This document shows, one piece after another, positions 1-12,498 of a stretch of 64,000 bases of DNA (the first letter of the stretch is position 1; every line of letters starts with the position of its first letter). The notes under the pieces are model-generated. The model was not told the DNA's origin and ran no database searches. It saw only the letters and a program-made list of their open reading frames with translations. The position numbers and the translations under genes are program-made. The DNA is taken from the NCBI RefSeq assembly GCF_964204645.1, contig NC_134026.1, forward strand, positions 22,602,150 through 22,666,149. The letters run 5' to 3'. This DNA is from Tubulanus polymorphus (lineage: Eukaryota > Animalia > Nemertea).

Positions 1-198
1 TTAGGTGTGTATATAGCCAACATGAAGTACATACCAAGCAAGTTAAGTAACACAAGTTAGACAATGTGCTGATTACATATCTTATTACAATGTTGAATTG
101 GCTAACACAACTTTCAATTTCAATTCCTCTTACAATTCCATTTTATCCAAAACAAATATCTACCAGAAATAAAAGTGCAAGAACCTACAAACATTTAC

Positions 199-262
199 CT
201 ATAGATTTAGCTTTAGACTTGTCCTTCTTCGATGATTTCGTAGATGCCACATCTTCAGACAT
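199..262 (-). CDS. Putative first coding exon (MSEDVASTKSSKKDKSKAKSI/G) of a minus-strand gene that continues left of the window
   Basis: ATG at 262-260, 21 open Lys/Ser-rich codons, then a phase-1 donor G|GTAAAT at 199/198. No homology recognised. Confidence 0.35.
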
Positions 263-1408
263 TGTTTCTTATTTCTTGAGATAAATATACGTCTCTAACC
301 TTAATAGTAAGAAATAAAGAGAAGAAATCAAATACTGCTGCGAAATATATGTAATTCAACGCTATCCTTAACCTATATGAATATACTCTATAACCACAGA
401 TTAAACTTTACAACTTTATCAGTTGTAAGGATCCTTATATGTCAAGGGGCTGAACCCATAATTTAGGTCATGTCTCTCCGTTGGTTGTGTTGTGTTGGCC
501 AGTGACAGTACCAAGTACAATCAACGTCAGTTAGGAATTTTATTGAATAAGTGCATTTCATATCATTGTTCTTATTTGAATAGAAAGATACACATCAGCT
601 ATGCGCAACCACAATATATGAAGAGGTCGAATTGATATAAAATCGATTAAAAAATAAATACATCAAAGCACTCTGGTGAATCAGAAAATTTGTAATCATC
701 TACTGAATTAATCTCTAAATTAATTCCTAAAACGAATTCCTAGTTTTTCCCCCAGTTCAGGTTGAAACACAAAGCGAGTTAAAAAATGTTAATGTCAAAT
801 ATAGCTGCAAAGCAGCGATGACGGGTTTTCTGTAAAGCCATTCAGAATGATGGGAATTGTAGTAAATTGAAATATCGATACATAGAATAAAATGCATTGA
901 CAGATTCGAACCTAATATGCAACCACTGTGTAAACGTCAAATATGATTCAGCCTTGAAACCGAACATACGTGGACGTACAATCACAAATATTAATATATT
1001 TGACCAGGCACTTATTTTGGCATTCAAACATCATGATACTGTATTATCACCATCCTTAAAAATGGATCTGTCCTATTAAGAACTCATCTTAAGCACCTGC
1101 TGAGCCGATAGATTGAGTGAATTCACAGATAAGAACGTATTATGATTTAGAATAGATTAGATTTAAGAAGTTAATGTTTTTATTGAAATATTTGAATAAA
1201 TACATATATTGTAGTGTAGATTCAATCAATAAATTATGAATTGATTTGGTCTGGGTTTCCGGCTGATGTTGATTTTGGCTTTTATGGATTACAAATTCTA
1301 CAGTGATAAACAATTGATACCTGCAACATGTGTGTAAATCAAACCTATTCCACTAGTTGCGTGTGTTTCCTAATAAACGGGAGAGTCACTCTTGATCTGA
1401 GTTATTAG

Positions 1409-1977
1409 AACTAGGGGTCCAGGGACACCATGCCCACTTGGGAAGTGGTTCCAAATGCTCAACAATCTAACAATTCAGGTATCAAAGGTATAAAACATCC
1501 CTTTTCAAAGAATACCCATCACAAATTGCAATGAGAAATGGCAAACTCAGAATTCGGGCCAAAATTGACATTTTTGGGCACTAAAAAAGGTCATAGGACG
1601 GCCATCTTGAGTCCGTATCCCAATTTTATGCTGCAAAGTTATGCTGATGGGCCCAGGGGCATTCACATATATCCGAAAGATCAAGGTAATTGATCAAAGC
1701 ATCTTCAAAATTTCCCTCAAAAAGTTCAAAAATGTGTAAAAAGTGTTGATTTTGGCGAACAACAATGGCTGCCAGTCGGCCATCTTGATTCTGACAGGGC
1801 CAGTTTTTGAGCTGAAGATGTGTCTAGGGTAGATACATGTGAAACCCAAATATCAAGACATTACATTGAAGCGTCTTCAAAACTTCCTGAAACAACTGAT
1901 TTCCGTCTACGGACGGACGACGGACGAAAAGTGAACGCAATAGCCCGCTGGGACTAAAGTCCCAAGTGGGCTAAAAA
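1409..1977. mobile_element. Non-autonomous Helentron-associated (HINE/DINE-1-like) element
   Basis: Subterminal inverted repeat GCCCACTTGGGA (1432-1443) / TCCCAAGTGGGC (1960-1971). GC-rich 3' hairpin at 1941-1973. Internal ACGG/GACG microsatellite at about 1907-1926. A-rich ends. Confidence 0.6.
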
Positions 1978-2265
1978 TAATGTTCATTTAGTCATAGAAA
2001 TTCATTGCCTTTTTGGAGTTTCTGTAATAATATTTGTTCTGCCCTAATTTTTATTACTGTATGAACCAATGATATGCTTTGTAAATATGATGTAATAAAA
2101 TAAATTTGAATTAAATTTGAACATGAGAATCAAGCATAACTTGTGTTTTTTCAACTTGTCTTACTTGTCTTTTGTTAACAGTTCCAGAGTTTCAATTACA
2201 ATCAAATCCAAATTGGCTAAAAAGTACATAGGACTAAATGAAATGAACGGTTAGTTACTGCAAAC

Positions 2266-2341
2266 CTATTCCAGTGTTATGTCGATCGTGTTGAATCACT
2301 TTCCTTGAGTTGAAAGAATCAGATCTTCTATGGTACAACAT
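2266..2341 (-). CDS. Possible alternative first coding exon (MLYHRRSDSFNSRKVIQHDRHNTGI/G) of the same left-extending gene
   Basis: Acceptor-like TTTTGCAG at about 2430-2422, ATG at 2341-2339, phase-1 donor G|GTTTG at 2266/2265. Same phase as the 199-262 exon. Confidence 0.2.
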
Positions 2342-3091
2342 CGGTCATCTTGGTGTTGACTGTCCTTGACCATCTAACTTCATGCGTTTGACATTGGAAT
2401 TTAGCATCATACCCATTTGAACTGCAAAATATTCATACAACATGAAAACCTACAGTACATGTATACAGTATTAATCAAACTTTCACCGATGTTGGATATT
2501 TGAATGAACATTAGGTTTATTTCAGTATTCTAAAGCAGGAAATAATAAGCCCAATCAATAGGCCCTATTCCCATTGGAACAATTATATAATGCGTACAGC
2601 TGTACCGTACACTTATCAGTCAAGAATGGAGAAATCGGTATACCAAACCTACGAACAGCAAAATGTACAGGCCTACAATGATTTCTGGTAATACAAGCCG
2701 TGACCACATGAACGTTTTGGTTTGACTATTAATGTCAGCAGGTCAGAGAAGGCCTGGCCAAACTTAATCACATGGCTCAAATCAATTAGCCTTTCTGCGT
2801 GTGAATATTTCACTGTATTGTTTTAAAAATAGGCCTATCGAGTGAATTAGTACATAGACTGAATTAGACTTTAGGCTAGTCCTGACCAAATCCTATCCAT
2901 ATTATAATGGCACCAGTTATAGTAACATCACTGTAGGGCCGACGAGAGGGAAAAAGTTGTGTTTGTAGTACATAGGCATGGTAGGCTTGTCGTACTCACT
3001 TAATACTTAAAACGCTGTTGTTACCTGTACGTGACTGTACGGTGATTTCTACAGGTTAGCCATATGTGAGTACGTTGACGCTCAGACTTGC

Positions 3092-3172
3092 AATATTGGG
3101 ATTCGAAACCAAACGAAAAAAAAATCCAGTAGGCCTAGTAGTCCAGTGATTTACCCACTGTGCCACAGAACG
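3092..3172 (-). mobile_element. tRNA-derived (SINE-like) head, degenerate
   Basis: Minus strand has A-box-like TGGCACAGTGG and B-box-like GGTTTCGAATCCC at tRNA-like spacing, but an internal T-run and no intact cloverleaf. Confidence 0.35.
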
Positions 3173-3289
3173 TAACTGGTGGGTGGATGAAATTTGATTT
3201 ACAAATAGCCTAGCCTCACCTAACCCAAACTCTATTCTTTTACGCATGCGCGTTTGCAGATTATAGGAACTCACGTACAGCGTTTTTAG

Positions 3290-3710
3290 GGAACTCACGT
3301 ACGGTTAACCTGTGGATATCACCGTACAGTCAAGTACGCGTTACAATTTCGTACTTAAAATGGTATTGGCTACTAGGAACTCACGTACGGCGTAAGTAGG
3401 GAACTCACGTATGGTTAACCTGTGGATATCACCGTACAGTCACGTACGCGTTACAGTTTCGTACTTAAAATGGTATTGGCTACTAGGAACTCACGTACGG
3501 CGTAAGTAGGGAACTCACGTATGGTTAACCTGTGGATATCACCGTACAGTCACGTACGCGTTACAGTTTCGTACTTAAAATGGTATTGGCTACTAGGAAC
3601 TCACGTATGGCATTATAGACTTAGTAGGGACCTCACGTACGCGGTTAACCTGTGGAGAGCACCGTACAGTCACGTGCGGTTAACAACTACGTACTTAAAA
3701 TGGTATTGGC
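3290..3710. repeat. Tandem minisatellite, about 4 copies of a 110-bp unit
   Basis: GAACTCACGTA(C/T)GGTTAACCTGTGGATATCACCGTACAG recurs at 3291, 3401, 3511 and, diverged, at about 3629. A partial inverted copy lies at about 3021-3073. Confidence 0.95.
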
Positions 3711-4271
3711 TTCTATATAATAGGCCTATAGACAAATAAATACCGGTAGGCTTTCTTATAATCTTAGCTTCCACACTTCACAACCGAACCAACTGACCAA
3801 CCAGTATATTTAGTCCCAGTACGCACCAACCGGCACAGGCCTAACACTGTTTGTCAACTGTGTGTACCGTTGAAGGCTATCGATAATCACCTGATACTTT
3901 TCTGTCGTTTGTTTTCTCTCTGAGACGAAGACGACCGTAATTCTAGTAGCCTTCCGCGACTCAACGACCTTGATTCAAACTTGATCAATTCAAAGTCTGT
4001 TTATTGACGCTTTTGGTTACATGAACTGATCAGCAATATACTTAAATAAAACAACCGGAATAACAAGAAATCAAAAATATTAAAGAGGTAACAAACAAAT
4101 GCCCGTAAACCTGTCAGACACGCGAACGCCGGACTCGTAAACTCTTGGACTCGGACCCGCTGAGCAATAAATTCATAAAATTGACTTTGAAATTGATTGT
4201 GGAGAAGAGAGGGAATTATTCGATAGCTCTTCCTCGAAAAGAAGAGAGAAATATCGGTAAGAAAACACAAC

Positions 4272-5775
4272 ATGGCTACTAATTGAATGGAGCCAAATTT
4301 CCGATGTTTACGGCTCGACAGTGCCTTTATAACGTGGATTTATCAAAATTCCCATGCAGTATCTGGAGATTGAAGTGAGCTGAAGGACATCATACGGATT
4401 GTATCGGCGACAGCGGTAAGGTAAGGAAGCCTTTACACTTTTAACAAAAACTATGTGGAAAAGGGAAAAAAAAAAATTATAATAATCACGCGAATTTCAA
4501 TAGGGTTTTCTGTGAAGAAACAGAAAACCCTAATAAGTCCATTTGGCTTCAATAACCAATCTACACAAGATAGGCCTTTATAGGCTTATAGACTGTCTTT
4601 AAAAAAATTGAAATGAAAATTGAATATTTAGCCAAGGCTTTAAAATGGTCATTGGAAACCTGTTATAAACGAATAGCAATGCAGCTAAATTATATACTTT
4701 CCATGAAACGTTACAATGACATAAGCAATAAAACATGGTCCATAGGTACACTTGAATTAGCATCAAACTTCATGAAACCAGGATATGAAGATGAATTACA
4801 AAGAATATTTCGAACACCAGTAGACCGGTACTGCCTTTGGAAGAGATTCGAAACCTGGTGGCATGTACATATCATAATAGATCAATATGATAATATCATC
4901 AGCAAATTTAACCTCCATCATGCAATGGACCAAGAGGCAAATATGTATTTCCTAACTGACCCACAAGCCTAACCTAACTTAATCAGGCCTAGGCCTACCC
5001 CAGTTTCACGAAAACTTCAAATCAAGTAGTTTATCCTTTTTGATTTAACTCGGTCTTGTATCTAGCTTGACATCACCTCTAAATAATCAATCTGGTTTTT
5101 TATTTAGCCTCTAGCAAGCATTATATATATATATATATTATTATATTTATCATTAGCCTATTTTGTTTTGATTAGTGATTATACCTTATTGCCTGTAGAT
5201 AATGTTTGCAGACTTATAGTCAGCCATCTCTTTGGGTTGGGTTCGATTTACAAGAAAGTGGACTATTTATAGGGGGACATGCCAAAGGTGCATAGTTTTA
5301 TGCCAAAGGTCCTTCGAAGGCCCCCTCAGAAAACTTTTTGAATATAAGATGCAGAGTAGTCTTACGGAAGAAAGTTTTGCTTTATTTTCCTGCAATTTGG
5401 CATTGAATCAAGTAAGTATTATGATTGAATGAGAACTAGATAGTCAAATGTCACCAATAATTAATTTTCTTTCAAATTGATTTCTTTAGGACCTGGACCT
5501 TTGTTGATAAGTAGAGGATGAGTTTGAATCCATGCGCCTGGTGACTGAACGCAGATACAAAACATTTGAAATACATTTCTATTCATTATTGTTGGATAGT
5601 AATAATGTGTCCTTAAATGAAATTTATAATGTATTTTATTTGTTGATAAAACGCTTGATACAATAAGGGGTATAAATACTGCAGTTTTGAAAACTTACTA
5701 AAATTGGCGAACGTAGATACAAAATAATTGAAATCCATTTCTATTCATTGTTGATAAATAATTTATGTCAATAAA
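4272..5775 (+). ncRNA. Candidate spliced non-coding (or micro-ORF) transcript
   Basis: Donor GTAAGG at about 4416/4421, acceptor TTTGCAG at 5211, donor GTAAGT at 5412, acceptor TTCTTTAG at 5489 (78-bp intron), AATAAA at about 5770. No long ORF across the exons. Confidence 0.25.
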
Positions 5776-6282
5776 ATTCATTTGGTTTTGTTACTAAAAG
5801 ATACTTGAAAGTCTTGAATACTTACTTCTCTTGGATAATTAGTGTTTGACAACCAGTTGTCTGAACGCACGTTTACCCATAGGACGTTAATCGAGACGAA
5901 TTGAAGTTAAAACTCTAAGATAAGCAAGATGAAATGAGTTGATGTACCGAACTGTCACTTTTCCTGATGATCAGGCCACACCGGCCAATACAGCGCGTAC
6001 CACAAATACATTGACAGCTAACTCGCCGACTCGGTTACTCCCTCGCTGAATGGAAAAAATCTGATAAAAAATGGGCAACTTTAGAAACGATATTTAGTAC
6101 GGTTTAAGAAAAAAATAGTTTCTTTTGGCGTTTTTCACGTTTTATTGCGATATCGCACAAACTATATTGCACAAAACCTGGAGAAGCTACTCACACAAAC
6201 TACCGGTATGGTATATTCCTGAGGTATCCAACATGGCGGACGTAAACAACTTCGTGCAAAATCGATGATATTTTGTTGAATT

Positions 6283-9200
6283 ATGGCTGAAAAATCGATT
6301 CTTTCGGGCACGTACTGTGCTCCAACGTGGCTGCTGAATAGTAAAGACAATGTGATAGCATCGAAGGTAAATTCAAAAGTTAAGCGATCATTCTTAACTC
6401 GGAAAATGAAAGGTAACTCTTATGAAGTTATGTTAACCTTTCGCTTCCGGGTTGTCTACAGTACGGGCCAAAACTAATGATTTCAATGTGTACTATGGCT
6501 ATTTAGGATTGGAACGCTTTCGTTGGTGAATTGCATGACACAATACAGCAGCAGCTAACAGAAAGCCATGTTCATCAATTTACTGATCTGTCAGAATCGG
6601 AGAAAGAGCTTTTCATGGAAAGGGCTGCTAAAGCTCTTCATGGAGGTAATCTAGATTTCTCATAGTCAGAATGAAGTGTATTTCTACAATCGTTATTCTC
6701 ATGTTTTATTGTCTTGTGTACATCTAACATCGTAATTAGTTAGTCAACGATCAGAAAATTGATAAAAGCTAAATTGCATTTGCAGGCTCCGCTTTCAATA
6801 TGCTATACGGTAAGATCTCCTCGACATTGGATCAACAGCTGAATGGAGAAGTTGCAAGGCAGTTACTAGAAGAGTTTCCCATAAATACAAAATCTGATCT
6901 GATTGTTGATAGCGCAAAAGAAGGAGCTGTGAGCATTTTGCGAAAGTGGCCTGAATTCAAGTACAAACTGCATGTTTGCTTGAACCAAGCTCTACCAGGA
7001 AGATTGAGAGAATTGGCTTGGAAACTGTTCCTAGATAACCCAAAAGGTATGACCAGTTCTAATGAAACAAGAGTTCAAATAAGACCACAGTTTCTATAGT
7101 CCTTTCAGTGCATCTACACTGCAGTGCAGTCTATAAATCGGTGATTGACTTTATAGTACACAGAAACAGTACCGGCACTTTCAGTTATTGATAAATAAGC
7201 ACTGAAAGGGTTAATGAGTAAAATAAGTTCATTTTCATGAAGCTAACTAGAAAATACAACTTTCAGTTTCAATGATAATAATTCATTTCCACAATTAATC
7301 GCAACATGCCATAAAGATTGAAGACCTGCTTCGCAGCTCCCTTGTAAAACTGGACGCTCTTATGGTTATTTCTTTCTAATTTGATAATTTGAAAATCTTT
7401 TTTTTCCAAATTTTAGTCAGAAAACAGTATGTCGATTTATTGGCGAATAATCCAAGAGCTGCTATCTCACGGCAAGATTTCGATATCTCTCAACAATGTG
7501 AAGTCTTTTTGAACGCAGAGAAAAGTTTCGATCTCATCAAAGGCTCAATTGGTAAAAACAACTTGAATGAATTAATGAATTTTCATTAAGCCTGCATTAA
7601 TGAATTTTCTTCAATGAACTAGGTGCATTTTATGCCATGAAAGCTGTTTTGTCCTATCATCATGCATTGAAGAATACCGATATGCATTTATCTGCAACTG
7701 AATACCTTTTGACAGCTCCATTTCTTCATGTATCCGCAGATAAGATTCCAAGGTTTGAACACATTTTCATACCTTCCAAGTACAACGTACATGTGTAATA
7801 CTGTTTTCTCATAGCAATATTTCACTTCTTTCACTAATGTTATAGGAGAGATCCAGCCTCTAGCCGAGTTGTGGCGCTATTAGTTGAAGAGTATCTGAGT
7901 TTTCTGTTCTCAAGACCGAAATGTATGGTTGATACTGGTGATGAGGTAAACATTTTTTTTCAAATGGTTCTTTATTCCTTATTCAAAACCATCCATCATG
8001 ATTAATTGTAATCATGATTTTAGCCTAACAGTGACGATACATATAGTTTTTCAAAGAAAACTGCTCAATATCTAACGGAATATGATCCTGAACTCGCAAA
8101 GGCAATTTCGGAAATGCCAATTCCGTCTCCGACACCACCAGAGAGTGAAGATGAAGATGATGTAACTTTGCCTCCCACTCCAGCTGGACCGTCGATTCCT
8201 GAAACTCCATACACGCCAACAGATCCACCCCCTGAAAATGCAATTGATGCGAAAACAGCCGAAAAACCAGAAAAAAAAAATGGTGATGAAAAGAATGAAA
8301 CTGAAGGAAAAGCCGACGAGAAAACAACTGAGTCTAAAAAAACTGATGTCAAAGAAAAAGGTGGTGGTAAAAAAGGCAAGAAAAACGATAAGAACCAACC
8401 TACTGAACCTACAGAACCTACTAATGAACAGAATAATGCAGGAGGTTTGTTATATATGTATATATGTATATGTATCACTGAGAACATTTTGCACTCCCTT
8501 ATTATTGTATTTATTCATTCATTCATTTTATCTGCAGATACTGATAGTTTCCATGGAGAAAAGGAGGCACAACACGTATTATCGGATATCATACTTCATT
8601 TAGTCCGTCCCTGCATACGATCTTTGTTTATTGGTAAAAATCTTATCGGCATCTCTCCTAACTATATGCTTTGTAACTAGTATTGGCTATGAATTAATTG
8701 CAGGAATCATTACAGGTTATTTGAATATTGATACAATATTGTATGTGTGGGATCAGTATATGATTGGTTTAGACAGTCCCGGATATCACGATGAATTGTT
8801 ACCCGCTCTGACTGCTGTATTTCTCATGTTGCTCAGTGATAAACTCAAAGAAGCGTCTTCTGTAAGTCCATCTTTATGTGCTCTCATCTCATATCAGATC
8901 AGATGCATCAGGTCAGATTAATGTCTTTGCATTTTGAATTTCTATCTCAACCGCGTTATTTTTCAGCTCCCATTCATGCATGATATTCTAAAACATGATG
9001 GCATGGCTTTGAAAAAAGAGCATTTTCAATATTTGGTTTGTATTACTTAGATATGTTTTGGTAAAGTTTTTAGAAATCCGATTTCACTGAGGCGCAGATC
9101 TAATCCAAATTTTCTAGTCCCAATTGCTTCTTAGTCTTGTATCTATTGTCATCTTCTAGATGAATCGTCATTTCTATAAAGATTTATATGATGTACTTAC

Positions 9201-11669
9201 AAAGGACACTAAAGCTGCACTGCCAGTTATAGATCCTACTCAAGGTATACAAAAATGCATGTGATAGAACTTTTAAAAATCTTAAAAGTCCAATTAATCC
9301 CAGGATTTAAGATCCTGTTTAACTGATTATGCTGAATGATTTATTGATAGCTCGCCCTCCAAGTTGGGAACATTGGTCTAAAGAAGTGATTCCACCAAGA
9401 ATTCGTCCCGAAGATCGCAAATCACTACGACAGCAACGGGAGGAAGAAAGAATCAGGTGGGTTAATATAGCTCTAGTGTTCATTGCATGGAATAATTTTT
9501 GGAAAAGTTTCTATGGCTAATTGAATTCTCGATTTTAGAGAGATAGAACGTGTGAAAGAAGAAGAAAAAAAGAGAGAAGAAGAAAGGCAAAGAGTGAAAA
9601 GGTACCTCATTGATGTTCTTTAAAGATTTACAGTGAAATAGCTATTGAACACTGTCTAGAATTCGCATAAACATCCAGCTGTTTGATTGTTAATTCTGTC
9701 GGTTTCTAGAGAAAGAGAGGAGTTGGAAAAGAAAAGAATCAAGGACGCACAAGAGGCAGAGGAAAAACGCAAACACGAAGAAGAGAAAATGTACTTGATC
9801 GATCTCGTGGAAGAGGAAAGAAAACGCCGCGTCGAAGAACAACAAAAAGCAGCAGATGAAATGGAGAATCTGCGCAAACAGATGTTAGAAATGCAACGAC
9901 AATTACAGGAGGTACAAATTCGGAATTTATTAAATCATTATGGCTTAATATATGCATCCATCTTACCGTAGACCTTTAGTCGGCATGTATTTGAAATCCT
10001 GTAAAAGTTTACGCGACAGTATCTATAATCTAATTTACTGGAATTGAATTCTTATATTTCTTATGTTTGTCTGTGTTGGAATACCCGGTATATGTTTTCT
10101 CAATTATTTTTTTCAGAAAGAGAAGGCTGAACTTGAAACGATGCGGTCACCCAGAGATATATCATATAAACAATCGGAAGCCAGTATACTCTCAACTGAT
10201 AGGTAAACTATCAAAATTATTTAGAAATATCCATTGATTTTGAGAAATCTTAATTATACATTGTATTGCATAATACAAGTGGACTCAAACTACTGCACGG
10301 CATCAATAAATGTTGTCATAATATTGTTTTTTGCATCAATACAGTCATTACGTTCCTCCTCCACCTCCATCGGAAGCCACTCATCTCAGTCAAGGTTCCA
10401 CGTCTCGGATTGAACCGCGACATTACCCAGATACGCCGCAAGAAGAAGGCACAGGACATGCTGTTATTGACTTCTTTCACAGGGCTGGATATAGTGCTAG
10501 ACAAAGTAAGGGATTCGAAACTAAATTCACATCGCTAATCAATGGGACATTTCACTTTTCTGGAGTAGAAAGCACTTTTTCCTGTTGGTACTAATATCAT
10601 GGATCTACATACAAGAATTTTTCGTATCATATCTTTAGTTAATAATGGTGATGATAATGAGATGAGGGCATTAGATGAGGAAACACGAAGTCAACAACGT
10701 AAATTACAAAGTGATTACAAAGAAGCTGAGGTGAGTTTAGAGTTTGAAAATTCACTCAACATTTAACAAAGCATTTGGTATCAAATTTTGATATGTACTG
10801 CAGTTTAATCACTGACCGCCGGATTTGTTTATGTATATAACAATACTAAATATTAATTAACTTGCATGTTTTTCATTTCACAGCAATATGTCCCTATGTC
10901 TAAACAATAAACAAAAGTTGAAAATATCTGGAGGTTCGGTGGTAATGAGATCAATTAATTTTCACTATATTTCGTTTTGTAATTTTTTGCCATTGCTTAT
11001 AGCAGCTTGTTTGAAATTTTGTTCATGTTCATAAATATAAGCCCTTCCTTAAAAGGTGGCTGCCTTTCCTGATAACACCATTAAATCAACTTCATCACAA
11101 ATACTACAGTTAAAGTATCATCATACTCAATTTGTGATGGAGCTCTGAGCCATCTGTCTTTTATGGAAGGGCCTTCTTAGGAGATTTTCTTACTTGCGTC
11201 GAATGCTTCATTTCAATTTCTCCATGTACCTCACTTGCTCTTTTTTCAAAGAGTTCTGCAGAATATTGACCTTTCTTTCTTTTTGTATGAAATTATTTTT
11301 AAACTGTCTCTTACTCAACACAATCAAACTGATTTTATATCTTATTTTTGAGTTAAGTAGGCTGTTTGCCCGCTTGATGTTGTGTGAAATTCAAGGTCCT
11401 GAAAATTAATAAGCCTGTCTCAAAACTCAGGATTTAGATATATGTCTAGGACGACTAGAACGGTGATCAAGTACATTTAATATTTCAATGTTCTTCATTT
11501 ACAGAGACAAGTATTTGGTCGCACGCTGCAACCGGGAGAGATGGATACTCTCGGTGAAGATGAACGTGAAATCGGACGCGCTAAAATGCCCAAAGCAATA
11601 TTGGATATATACCACCAAAGGAAACAAAGGGAACTCACTGATAACAGGAATGCAGATCAACAATTCTAG
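6283..11669 (+). CDS. Uncharacterised multi-exon (about 19 exons) protein with a TBC/Rab-GAP-like fold and a C-terminal charged coiled coil
   Basis: GT-AG exons join in frame from MAEKSILSGT (6283) to ...NADQQF* (11505-11669). TBC-like motifs: LPGRLRELAWKLFL, LTEYDPELAKAI, SLFIGYLNIDTILYVWDQYMIG. E/K/R-rich coiled coil in exons at about 9351-9911. Confidence 0.8.
7101..7210. mobile_element. Internally deleted copy of the piggyBac-like MITE at 24809-25096 (intronic)
   Basis: CCTTTCAGTGC...GCACTGAAAGGG|TTAA termini and the first ~45 bp match the 24809 copy. Confidence 0.8.
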
Positions 11670-12470
11670 AAAACAATTTTTCTGACTTTAACTGCGTTTG
11701 TTGGAAGATGTGTAATTTGCGAATTCTCTTGTGTTGTTGTCCTGGGAACATATTGGGACATTTACATATTTGAAATATCTTATTTGTTCAACTTGAGATT
11801 ACCTTGTGAAAAATATCTTTTACTAAGTAACTCACCGTAACATATTTTCAGTTGATAAATACAAAAATCAAGAATATTTTGCAATGAATCGTATAGATTT
11901 AGATAACATTCTTATTACGAATGTTGAAATGCAAAATTCTTTTATATGATATAAAATACATGTAGTATGAAATGCGAAATATCTTGAAGTTTGTCATTCT
12001 TACTGAAAAATTGTTTATTAAAAAAATTTATTAATGGATTAGCCAAAATTATTACAGGTGTATTTAAGTTAGAATAGTGTTTTTAATCAATTGCTTTTGA
12101 ACTCTGAAAATACTAACGAAGCAATGTAGCGCAGTTCTAGTCATTGATAATGTGTGTCTCGAGAGCCCCATTGAAGCTTGAAGTGAAGATGCAAGAGTTG
12201 CAAGTAAAAAAGCCTAATTTTTGATTGAATGAAAAACGGTTGAAAAAGTTTGTGTTAACCTCCATTCACGAAATTCTCAAGGCTCGAATTGATGAAAAAA
12301 GAAACAATATGGTTTGACTTTTTGGCTGATTAGTGTGCCAGCTATACATGAAGCATGTTACGCAATGCGTTAAGGAAGATACATATCTAAACAACAGTAG
12401 CACGAATAGATGTATGATAGCATTATAACTTCGTACATGAACATGTTTGACTTAAACAATATATCGAATT

Positions 12471-12498
12471 TGATGATGATGATGATGATGATGATGAT
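12471..12498. repeat. (TGA)n microsatellite
   Basis: About 9 perfect TGA units. Confidence 0.95.

Noticed and set aside
3290-3739. CRISPR-like array and the 72-aa ORF at 3521
   Set aside because: Plain 110-bp tandem repeat without unique spacers. The ORF is a by-product of the repeat.
4613-4972. 119-aa ATG-initiated ORF
   Set aside because: No recognisable domain or splice context; probably chance or a repeat remnant.
8025-8487. Three overlapping antisense ORFs
   Set aside because: Shadows of the low-complexity sense exon of the TBC-like gene.
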